Of a stretch of 46,449 nt of DNA, positions 19,428-28,026 are shown in pieces (within the stretch, counting starts at the first letter, position 1; each line of letters opens with the position of its first letter). This DNA is from Phycisphaerales bacterium. Lineage in GTDB: Bacteria; Planctomycetota; Phycisphaerae; WQYP01. The notes below the pieces were generated by a model. That model was not told the DNA's origin. It did no database searches and was given only the letters and a program-made list of their open reading frames with translations. The stretch lies in the NCBI GenBank assembly GCA_027366125.1, contig DAHXKZ010000379.1, forward strand, positions 1 to 46,449, written 5' to 3'. The translations under genes and the position numbers were made by a program.

Positions 19428-19620
19428 TTAGGGCTGCCGAATCAATAACTGTTGTGGTCATTGCGGCGGCGCAACGTAGTTCCATTTGGGCAACATCGGG
19501 CCGAATTTTGTGACCCTATTTTCCTTGAAATTCTTGGCGGCCCTACGGCCGGTCATCAAAGGCCAGCAACTTGGCCTTCTGGTCGAACGACAGGTCGTGA
19601 TCTATACCAAGTCCGTCCGG
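19428..19620 (-). mobile_element. Degenerate ISAzo13-family (Rhodopirellula-type) insertion sequence end
   Basis: Minus strand 19556-19458 reads MTGRRAAKNFKENRVTKFGPMLPKWNYVAPPQ*, resembling the TGRK..FKEN..LPKWNY C-terminus of these transposases. TIR-like TTA-GGGCTGCCGAATCAATAAC just past the stop. Confidence 0.55.
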
Positions 19621-19633
19621 AAGACGGGGAAAT

Positions 19634-19800
19634 GCCACAGGGCACCCAGAGGTCACAGAGAGATACTTTTGACCTGATCGATTAACCGCATTTCGTCAAA
19701 AAACCAAAGCCCGCAGCGCCAAGGACGTTCTCTATTAATTCGTCCACCGTGTTCTCCTCTTGTGCTCTGTGAACTCTGTGGCCAATCTCTGTGGCCAATC
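19634..19800. repeat. Second REP-like inverted repeat built of CACAGAG units
   Basis: GCCACAGGGCACCCAGAGGTCACAGAG (19634-19660) versus CTCTTGTGCTCTGTGAACTCTGTGGC (19757-19782), plus tandem CTCTGTGGCCAAT x2. Confidence 0.65.
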
Positions 19801-19998
19801 TTCAATCGCCGCAAGCCAAGGCCAAATGACCGGAATCGCGGATGGCCCAGAGGGCGCCCCCGGATGGACGCGGATACGGTGGAAGATGGATTTAACACGG
19901 GGCCTTCAAAATTTTTGCCGCGTCCAATCGACGCGCAACCGGATGCCCGGAATTTTGTTTTTGGCCTGTCACGGCGTCCCGCGGTATAATCGGCGGCC

Positions 19999-22692
19999 AT
20001 GACCACGGCCTTTTCAGACGCTGATCTTTCCGTGCTGGACCCGTCGCTGCTCACGCCGGCGATGCGGCAGTACCAGCAGTACAAGGCGCAGTATCCCAAC
20101 GCGGTGCTGTTCTTCCGTATTGGGGATTTTTACGAAACATTTTATGAAGACGCGCGCACCGCCGCTCGCGTGTTGGGCGTGGCCTTGACCAGCCGCAGCA
20201 AGCAGGAAAACGCCGTGCCCATGGCCGGCGTGCCGTACCACGCGGTGGACACGTACCTGCAGCGCATGGTGGCCGCCGGGTACAAGGTGGCCATTTGTGA
20301 ACAAATTGAAGACGCCCGCAACGCCAAGGGGGTCGTGAAGCGCGAGGTGGTGCGGCTGGTGACGCCCGGCACGCTCACCGAAGAAAGCATGCTCGATGGG
20401 CGCGAAGAAAATTTCGTTGCGTGCCTGATTTTAGCCGAGGCAGCGGCCGGATCGGCATCCCATTCAGAACCCCATGCTGCCCGCAAGACCCAGGCGGAGG
20501 GCGCCATTGCCTGGTGCGAACTGTCCACCGGAAAATTTTTGACCATGGCCGGCTCACTGGCCGCCTGTTCTGAAGAGTTGGCGCGCCTGCGGCCGCGCGA
20601 GCTTTTGTACCCGGAAACCGCCGATGGGCAGGCCCCCGCGCCGGCGGCGCGCCTGGCCGAGAGCCTGGGTTTGGCCCTGTCTCCCCGGCCGGCGTGGCAG
20701 GCCCAGCCGCACCAGGCCGCCGCCGCGCTAAAGGAACATTACGGCGTGCTGGGCTTTGCCGGATTCGGCTACACCACGGAAAAACATCTGGGTCTGGCCG
20801 CCGCCGGTCTTGTCGTGGCGTACCTGCACGAAACCCAGAAAGCGGCCTTGGAACACATCCAGCCGCCCCGGGAGTTTGATCGCCAAAATCATTTAATTGT
20901 GGACCCGGTGAGCCTGCGTTCGCTGGAGGTGTTGAAGACCATTCGGGGCAACTCCAGCCACGGGTCGTTAAGCGATTCGCTGGATGAAACGGTCACGGCC
21001 ATGGGGGCCAGATTATTACGTAACTATCTCTGTTTTCCGCTGCGTGACCTCAAGGCCATCGCCGCGCGCCATGACGCCGTGGCGGCCTTCCTGGATCAGC
21101 AGCAAGCGTTGGAGCAGCTGCGTCTGGCCCTGCGTGAATGCGCCGACGTGGAGCGCATCGCCGGCCGGCTGTGCTGCCGCCGGGCCGGTCCGCGCGATCT
21201 TGCGGCGCTGGCCCGCAGCTTAGAGGCAATGTCGGCGGCGGCCGGACCGCTGGCGGGGCTGGAAAAAACCCTGCCTGTGGTTCAGGAATTTTTGGAGCGT
21301 CTGCCGGTGGTGCGCGAGGTGGCCCGGCAAATTCGCGCCGCCGTGGCCGACCCCGCGCCGGCCCACACGCGCCAGACGGGTTTCATCCGCGCCGAATTCA
21401 ATTCTGAACTGGACCGTCTGCGGGCGTTATCCACCGATAGCCGGGCATTTCTTGCCAAGTACCAAAGCGATCTGATCGCCAGTACCGGCATTAGCTCCCT
21501 GAAGGTGGGGTACAACAAAGTCTTTGGCTTTTACATTGAAGTCACGCACGCCCACGGCAGCCGGGTGCCCGCCACCTTCACGCGCAAGCAGACCGTGCGC
21601 AATGCCGAGCGGTACATCACGCCGGAACTCAAACAGTATGAAACGGACCTTCTCACCGCGCAGGAACGGGCCCTGGCCCTGGAACAAGACATCTTTGAGC
21701 AACTCCGCGGGGCGCTGGCGGCGCATGTGCAGGATTTGCAACGCGTCGCCTCGGCCACGGCGGCCCTGGATGTGCTGGCGGCCTTCGCGCATGTGGCCCG
21801 GCAGCGGCACTTTTGCCGACCGGTGATGACCACGGCACGGGCGCTGCATTTAATTGACGCCCGGCACCCGGTGCTGGAGCCGGCGATGGGCGAAAAATTT
21901 GTGCCCAACGATCTGGAATTTCTGGATGGCGGCCCGACGTTGCACCTGATCACGGGGCCAAACATGGCCGGCAAATCCACCTTCATCCGGCAGGCGGCCC
22001 TGGTGGTGCTCATGGCGCAGGCCGGCAGCTTTGTGCCGGCGCGGGAGGCGACCATCGGCCTGACCGACCGAATTTTTACGCGGGTGGGGGCCTCCGATGA
22101 TCTGGCGGCGGGCCAGAGTACATTCATGGTGGAAATGACTGAGACGGCGCACATTCTTCTGCACGCGTCCGATCGTTCGCTGGTGATTTTAGATGAAATT
22201 GGCCGGGGAACCAGCACGCTTGACGGCCTGGCTTTGGCGTGGGCCATTGCCGAATTTTTAACCGACACCGCCGGCTGCCGGACGTTGTTCGCCACGCATT
22301 ACCATGAATTAACGGAATTGGCGGAGAGTTCCAAAGCGGTGGCGAATTACAACGTTTTGGTGCGGGAATGGGAAGATCAGGTGATTTTTCTGCACCGGAT
22401 CGTGGCCGGGCAGGCGGATAAATCATACGGGGTGCAGGTGGCGCGCCTGGCGGGCGTGCCGCGGAGCGTGGTGCAACGGGCGCGGCAACTGCTGGGCGAA
22501 CTGCGCGTGCAGGTGGGCAAGGCGCGGCCGCGGGCGGCGGCTACGGCGGTGAACGGGCAGGTGCAATTGTTTGACAGCCGCAATCAGCAGGCGTTGGCCC
22601 GTCTGGCCAGCCTGGACCTTGACCGAATGTCGCCCATGCAGGCCTGGGAGGCTCTGCAGGCCCTGCGTCAACTGGTGGAAGGGAAGACATAA
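19999..22692 (+). CDS. mutS: DNA mismatch repair protein MutS
   Basis: TPAMRQY, GDFYETF, TGPNMAGKST, STFMVEM, DEIGRGTST, SYGVQVA. Confidence 0.98.
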   Translation: MTTAFSDADLSVLDPSLLTPAMRQYQQYKAQYPNAVLFFRIGDFYETFYEDARTAARVLGVALTSRSKQENAVPMAGVPYHAVDTYLQRMVAAGYKVAICEQIEDARNAKGVVKREVVRLVTPGTLTEESMLDGREENFVACLILAEAAAGSASHSEPHAARKTQAEGAIAWCELSTGKFLTMAGSLAACSEELARLRPRELLYPETADGQAPAPAARLAESLGLALSPRPAWQAQPHQAAAALKEHYGVLGFAGFGYTTEKHLGLAAAGLVVAYLHETQKAALEHIQPPREFDRQNHLIVDPVSLRSLEVLKTIRGNSSHGSLSDSLDETVTAMGARLLRNYLCFPLRDLKAIAARHDAVAAFLDQQQALEQLRLALRECADVERIAGRLCCRRAGPRDLAALARSLEAMSAAAGPLAGLEKTLPVVQEFLERLPVVREVARQIRAAVADPAPAHTRQTGFIRAEFNSELDRLRALSTDSRAFLAKYQSDLIASTGISSLKVGYNKVFGFYIEVTHAHGSRVPATFTRKQTVRNAERYITPELKQYETDLLTAQERALALEQDIFEQLRGALAAHVQDLQRVASATAALDVLAAFAHVARQRHFCRPVMTTARALHLIDARHPVLEPAMGEKFVPNDLEFLDGGPTLHLITGPNMAGKSTFIRQAALVVLMAQAGSFVPAREATIGLTDRIFTRVGASDDLAAGQSTFMVEMTETAHILLHASDRSLVILDEIGRGTSTLDGLALAWAIAEFLTDTAGCRTLFATHYHELTELAESSKAVANYNVLVREWEDQVIFLHRIVAGQADKSYGVQVARLAGVPRSVVQRARQLLGELRVQVGKARPRAAATAVNGQVQLFDSRNQQALARLASLDLDRMSPMQAWEALQALRQLVEGKT

Positions 22693-22799
22693 CTGATTGC
22701 GTGGCGCGGCGCCCATTGCCGCCCCAGCGACGCCACGTCGGACTTCACGGCGCCCCAAAAACTTTTCCACGCCGCATTTGACCCGCGTGCAAAAGAGCG

Positions 22800-22829
22800 T
22801 TGACAAACCGGCTCAATCGGGTCTACTAT
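22800..22829 (+). promoter_or_regulatory. Sigma70 promoter for trxA
   Basis: TTGACA-N18-TACTAT, 50 nt before the trxA ATG. Confidence 0.65.
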
Positions 22830-22879
22830 GCATTGTGGCCGCACCAAGGGCGGCTGTATTAATTTTGGAGAAACACCTC

Positions 22880-23218
22880 ATGGCAAGTACAAACGTGTCA
22901 CAATTCAGCGATGCGAGTTTTCAGCAGGATGTGCTGGACAGCAAAGACCCGGTGCTGGTGGATTTTTGGGCCGAATGGTGCGCCCCCTGCCGCATGTTGG
23001 CGCCAACCATTGACGAATTGGCTGAGGAATACAAGGGCAAAGTGAAAGTCGGAAAGATGGACACCGACGCCAACCACGCGACGGCCGTGAAATACAACAT
23101 CAGCTCGATCCCGACAATTATTCTGTTTCACAAAGGGCAGATATCGAAGCGTTTTGTTGGGTTGATGGCCAAGCGTGAATTCAAGACGGCATTGGACGCG
23201 GTGGTGGCCGCACAATAG
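22880..23218 (+). CDS. trxA: Thioredoxin
   Basis: VDFWAEWCAPC, SIPT; GGAG RBS before ATG 22880. Confidence 0.97.
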   Translation: MASTNVSQFSDASFQQDVLDSKDPVLVDFWAEWCAPCRMLAPTIDELAEEYKGKVKVGKMDTDANHATAVKYNISSIPTIILFHKGQISKRFVGLMAKREFKTALDAVVAAQ

Positions 23219-23251
23219 AATATCAGAAAATTATAACAACGGGATACAGAC

Positions 23252-23470
23252 ATGATCAGGCGGCTACGCGGATGGCTGGCGATGGCGGCGGCGCTGGTGG
23301 CGGGGCTTTCGCCGGCCCTGTGTTGGGCGCAGGTGAAACATCTGCCTTCCGTGATCCCCCGGATGCGGTCCGGCCACCCCATGCCCGCGTATCTTTTGGG
23401 TGGCATTTTGTTCGTAGGGGTGGCGGTGATTGCGTTTAGAAAATCCAAGCGCAAGGCGCCGCACGAATAA
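23252..23470 (+). CDS. Small membrane protein (signal-like N-terminus, C-terminal TM plus basic tail)
   Basis: 72 aa, two hydrophobic segments, ends IAFRKSKRKAPHE. Confidence 0.65.
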   Translation: MIRRLRGWLAMAAALVAGLSPALCWAQVKHLPSVIPRMRSGHPMPAYLLGGILFVGVAVIAFRKSKRKAPHE

Positions 23471-23571
23471 CGCCGCCATCGCGGCTGGTCGTTGGGCGGC
23501 CGAAGCGTTTTCCGCGCCGCCTTTGTCCCGGCGTCGTTGTTCCTTTTGTTGTTCTTCCTGTGGAGATTTTC

Positions 23572-23898
23572 ATGTCAAAGAAGAAATGGTTGATTGGCTG
23601 CCTGTTGGCGGTGAACTGCGCCTTGGGCGCCAGCCTGGCCATGCGGCTGTTGCCCGCACACCAGGCGCAGGCTCGGGTCGGCGGGCGGGGCCGGGCCGAC
23701 TATGTGGCCGCATCCGGGTACAACGGGCAGGGCGGCATTGTCTATATTATGAACACCAAATCCGGCATGCTTTCAGGCGTGATGACCTTGCAGGCCGGTC
23801 AGGGGCAGCGGATAGGACTCGCTCCACGCAGCGTATTTAGCGACATTCGCCGCTATGAAGCGCGCAATGGCGGCCATGTGCGGCGCCACAGGCCCTAA
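23572..23898 (+). CDS. Small exported hypothetical protein
   Basis: GGAG RBS; signal MSKKKWLIGCLLAVNCALGASL..AQA; short beta-rich body. Confidence 0.75.
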   Translation: MSKKKWLIGCLLAVNCALGASLAMRLLPAHQAQARVGGRGRADYVAASGYNGQGGIVYIMNTKSGMLSGVMTLQAGQGQRIGLAPRSVFSDIRRYEARNGGHVRRHRP

Positions 23899-23959
23899 AG
23901 CGCCGGAACTCCGGGCGGTGGTTACTCCTGCTCTATTTCAAAATAAAAAAGGTGTTTTT

Positions 23960-24283
23960 ATGCAACGTGATTCGACTTTGATTGGTCTGCTGGCCGCTGG
24001 CGCCTTGGTCATGGCCCTTCTGGTGGCGTTCATGCCCCGCACGCCGCGGGCCCGCGCCGATACCATTTCGCAGTCGCGGCATTTTATCCTGATGAGCTCC
24101 GGTACGGGTGTTGGCACGCCGGACATGGTGGACGTCATCGACAAGAGTGATCGGCTGTTACTTATGTACATGGTACAGAACCGGGTATTGACATTGTCCA
24201 CGATTCTGTCGTTGCGGGACCACGCGCCGCATTTAGGCGGCGGGCGTGGTGGCCGGCGGCGGCGCCGGCGCGGCGGGCTGTGA
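23960..24283 (+). CDS. Small exported hypothetical protein, probable paralog of the previous gene
   Basis: AAGGTG RBS; signal ending ARA; Gly/Arg-rich tail GGGRGGRRRRRRGGL. Confidence 0.75.
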   Translation: MQRDSTLIGLLAAGALVMALLVAFMPRTPRARADTISQSRHFILMSSGTGVGTPDMVDVIDKSDRLLLMYMVQNRVLTLSTILSLRDHAPHLGGGRGGRRRRRRGGL

Positions 24284-24381
24284 TGCGCATCCTGACCACG
24301 GCGTCGGACGCACCGGTCGCGCTGGCGTCTTGGACCCGCGAGCTCCCGGGTGACCGCGTTTGCAAGTGCGGATGAGTCGGC

Positions 24382-25839
24382 GTGACCAAAACGCTTCATA
24401 TCCGTGGCGTTGGGCTGATCACCGCCGCGGGCAGCGGCGCGCCTGCCAATTGGGACTTTCTGGAGCGTGGGCGCTATTTAACCAACCGGGGCGTGGCGCC
24501 GGATGGCGCCTTGGCGCAGGCGTTCCGCGGCGCCTGGGTGCAATTCCGTGACAATTCTCCCTTGGACGAAGTTCCATCTTCTGAGGCCGGTCGCATCGTG
24601 ATGCTCGCGGGCGCGGCGCTGGGCGAGGCTCTATTCCAGGCGCAATTGCATCCAGCGGATATTTCGTCTCCCGACACGCAGCTTTTTGTCGCCACGAGCA
24701 AGGGGCCGGTGCTGTCCATTCTGCAGGCCTGTGAGACCTTGCGGCGGCAGGATCGCGCTGGGCTGCCGCCCGTGCTGCCAGGTGATCTGGCTGAAACCGT
24801 GGCCTTGGGTCCGGCGGCTCTGGGGGCGGATTTGGCCCGTCTTTTCGGGATTTCCACCGCTGTACATACCTCGGTGGCGGCTTGCGCCGGCGCCCTGTTC
24901 GCGGTGCATCGGGCAGTGCGGGCGCTGCGCACCGGCGAGTGCCGTCGCGCGTTGGTCGTGGCGGCGGACGCATCGGTTCACCCGCTGTTTGAGGGCAGCT
25001 TTCAGCGGCTGGGCGTGCTGGCTGGGCCCGATGCAGATGGTCAGCGCCGCTGCCGACCCTTCGACCCGCACGGCGGGGGCTTTTTTTTATCCGAGGCTGG
25101 TGCGGCCATCGTGCTGGAAGTGGGGCTGGAAGCCGCGGACGCCCAAGGATCAGCCATTGAACTGCGGGGTGCCTGGACGGGGGCCGATGGCGGAAATTTA
25201 TTAATACCGGATGTTTCAGCGGCGGCGCTGCGGCGCGGCCTGCGGGCGTGCGCGGCGGACGGCCCAGTGAGCTTTGTGCATGCGCATGCCGCGGGAACGG
25301 CGCATGACGGCGTTGAACTGGCTGCCATTGCCGACGTATGCGGCGATGTGCCTGTTTTTTCACACAAGGGCGCATTGGGGCATTCATTGGGGGCGGCGGG
25401 CTTGGTGGCCCTGGTGATCTCCGCATTGGCGCACCAATATGGGCGGACCCCTGAAGATCAGAAGATTAACCCGGCGGCGAACAGCGTCACGCTGGCCCAG
25501 GGTTTCGGCGGCCACATCGGCATGGCGGTGCTGCGCGGGCCTAAGACGCCCGCGGTTGAGGCGATAAAGAAGCGCGGCGCCTTGATCGCCGGCGCGGGCG
25601 GCGCGCAGCGCCCGCCCATAAAGCCGCGACCGTTGGTCGCGTCCGCCCAGCCGCAGGCGCAGGTAAATGATCGCATTTTTATCTCAGATCGCCCAGAGGG
25701 CACCCGCAGATTAACACAGATTGAAACGACGGCGGCGCGCAACGAGATTACGCACGTCCTCGGCACACGCGTCGATGGGACGACACACGGGCCACGGATT
25801 AAATTTTCGCCGTTTCGCCGCCGGCTTCCGCCCAATTAG
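24382..25839 (+). CDS. Beta-ketoacyl synthase family protein (divergent FabF-like)
   Basis: AACAG catalytic Cys, CRPFD..GFFLSE, HAAGT, KGALGHSLGAAG, GFGG. About 100 C-terminal aa fall outside the fold. Confidence 0.85.
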   Translation: MTKTLHIRGVGLITAAGSGAPANWDFLERGRYLTNRGVAPDGALAQAFRGAWVQFRDNSPLDEVPSSEAGRIVMLAGAALGEALFQAQLHPADISSPDTQLFVATSKGPVLSILQACETLRRQDRAGLPPVLPGDLAETVALGPAALGADLARLFGISTAVHTSVAACAGALFAVHRAVRALRTGECRRALVVAADASVHPLFEGSFQRLGVLAGPDADGQRRCRPFDPHGGGFFLSEAGAAIVLEVGLEAADAQGSAIELRGAWTGADGGNLLIPDVSAAALRRGLRACAADGPVSFVHAHAAGTAHDGVELAAIADVCGDVPVFSHKGALGHSLGAAGLVALVISALAHQYGRTPEDQKINPAANSVTLAQGFGGHIGMAVLRGPKTPAVEAIKKRGALIAGAGGAQRPPIKPRPLVASAQPQAQVNDRIFISDRPEGTRRLTQIETTAARNEITHVLGTRVDGTTHGPRIKFSPFRRRLPPN

Positions 25840-26541
25840 CGCCGCAGAAAATTGTCTCGAAACTTCCCTGAGTCATTTATCTGGAACCACTTACAGCCCG
25901 GCTGCCGGCCCCTTGGCGACTCGTTTTTGAAAAATGATTTGTATTTGACTTGCAACGTCCGAAAACATCCGTTAAAGTCCCCGCTGTCATTTTCGGCAAG
26001 GCCCATTCTTGCCCTTGCCGCCAGTATCGCATCGCAGTTTCATAATAGGATTGTCCAGTCATCGCATAGGGGTCGCGGCGTATGGAACCGTTCATCGGAC
26101 CGCGAGCCGATCGCTCGCCGCGAAAACTGCGCGTCCCTCCGTGGAACGTAAGTGGCCGAGTCGCCAAGTGCTGCAGTGGCGTAAGCGCTGGGTTGCGGCA
26201 CATTCCGGAAGCCGGGCCGTCCCCGGTGCGGTTACAGAACAGCCAGAACAACATCATGGAAGTAACGGGAACTGTGGCGGACAGTTTCGCACGCATGACG
26301 GCGAGCGCTCCGTTCGCGCTCCGCGGCAACGGCGTTGCCTTCAGCAACACAAATGGCAACGGCATCCCGATCGCCTTGGAAAACCAGCTTGTCGGCCCCG
26401 GGTCGCTCGCCGCCACGGGGGCTTGCCGACGGCGCGATTTTCCGCCCCAAATTGCTGTCTGTGCCACGCGCGATAATAAGGCGCGGCAGGGCACACGCCG
26501 CTTTTGGGCTGCCTGCGGCCCCCGGCGCATTTTGAGGAAAG

Positions 26542-27135
26542 ATGCCTATGCCAAGTTTGCAATTCCCCTCGAGCATAACCGCGCCGTCCGCCGAGTCTAG
26601 GCGACACCGCTTGCGAAAATATTTCGAGCATCTCGGCCGGCAGGGCTTTGTGACGGACCACCCGCTATACCGATTTTTCGCGGCCGAGGTATTCCATGAC
26701 AGCCCGTTAATGCGCCCGTCGTTTTCGTTTGCCCGGGGCGAAATCACCCTTCGTCTTCGGAATGTGTTTGCAATCGACAAAGTTGGTACTGAGACGTCGG
26801 CTAAGTCAATTCGGCCCCCGGCCACAGTGCGGCGCGATTTTTCGACGCAAATCATATTCCGCGGCGTCCGCACCATGTCCCTTCCCGTCCCGCCCGCAGG
26901 TACGGGGTTAAAATATGTCGCGTGCAACGTTTTTCGGATCGCCTCACATTATCGCATCGACATTTTGGCACGCGGAGCCAACCCATCCGAAACAGTCATA
27001 TTTCGCATCCACTTCGGCGAGGTCACTGTTGAAGATATCGCGCCAAAGATAGCAAAATACATTGCACCGGCGAAGGACCCCGCGGAGTACATGGCTCACG
27101 CGCGGCCCAAACGAGGTTGCACGGGCGGCCGGTGA
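26542..27135 (+). CDS. Hypothetical protein
   Basis: GAGGA RBS, protein-like composition, isolated between two long non-coding gaps. Confidence 0.55.
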   Translation: MPMPSLQFPSSITAPSAESRRHRLRKYFEHLGRQGFVTDHPLYRFFAAEVFHDSPLMRPSFSFARGEITLRLRNVFAIDKVGTETSAKSIRPPATVRRDFSTQIIFRGVRTMSLPVPPAGTGLKYVACNVFRIASHYRIDILARGANPSETVIFRIHFGEVTVEDIAPKIAKYIAPAKDPAEYMAHARPKRGCTGGR

Positions 27136-27420
27136 CAACAAGAATGGGCTCGCACCGATTTTTTACAGTTGAATTTCAGCGACCGCGGAAAGTAAAATCC
27201 TTGGCCTATTAACATTCTCAAGAGCACCGCCGGCCCGTCGGGCACCCTGAGGGTTGGCCGCCGGCGCCGCCGCGACGCACATGAATGTGGAACGGGCGCC
27301 GCCATAAATGGACGGTGCTACGCCCACGCTGCCGCGCGGGCGACCATCGCCGCCGCCGCCCATGCTCTTCGTAATCTGGCGCACACCTGCGCCAAAAATC
27401 GGCCGCATGTGCGCCATCCG

Positions 27421-27456
27421 GCGCTGAGCCGACACCTATAGGTGTCGGCTCAGCGC
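27421..27456. repeat. Perfect 36-bp loopless palindrome
   Basis: GCGCTGAGCCGACACCTA|TAGGTGTCGGCTCAGCGC. Confidence 0.95.
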
Positions 27457-27570
27457 GGACCGGTTGCGGCGATCGCGGCGTGTCCGTGAAATTGTTTAAT
27501 AGAATGCCGCCCTGGCGCCCCGTGCGTGGCGGGCGCCTACGTGCCTCGGCGAGAGCGATTCCCTCGGATT

Positions 27571-27659
27571 CTTTCGCCCCGCTGGGGCTTGCGCAAACTG
27601 GGGGCTACGCAACCCCGCGTTGAAACACTGGGCTAATATCGCGCTGCCCCATCCGGGGC
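27571..27659. repeat. REP-like composite element
   Basis: Short hairpins GCCCCGCTGGGGC and GCCCCATCCGGGGC flank CCCCGCGTTGAAACACTGGGCTA. Confidence 0.5.
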
Positions 27660-28026
27660 GGACGACGGCTCGATCGGTGCGGGTGTGGCAATTATTTTGG
27701 GGGGCAGATGAAATACACGCAGCCGTCGGCAGCGCGGGCTCTGCATTTCCGCCGGCTCGACGGCACGTTTGCGCACCGGTGGCCCCGCAACGCCGCGCAA
27801 TTGTGCCGCCGCCACGCGCCCGTCGCGGCCCGATGGGCCGGCGCGGGCGGCTAACAGGGTTGGTCGCTGGCTTGGAAATTTTGATAACGTGCGCGCTTGC
27901 ATGCACATTACATTGCGACGCCGATGGCCGTTGTGGCTGGTTGCAGCGCCCACTAAGTTCGTGCCGCACGGACGGCTCTCCACGGCGTCTGGGTGAATTC
28001 AGCGGTTCGGCCATTTCTTGAATATC

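Noticed and set aside
19486-19677. Plus-strand GLLVERQVVIY resembling a GxxExxY protein fragment
   Set aside because: The match is too short and the GxxExxY motif is absent; the minus-strand transposase reading explains the region better.
19167-19880. Possible CRISPR array
   Set aside because: The repeats are inverted, degenerate and irregularly spaced, with no constant repeat-spacer period and no cas genes.
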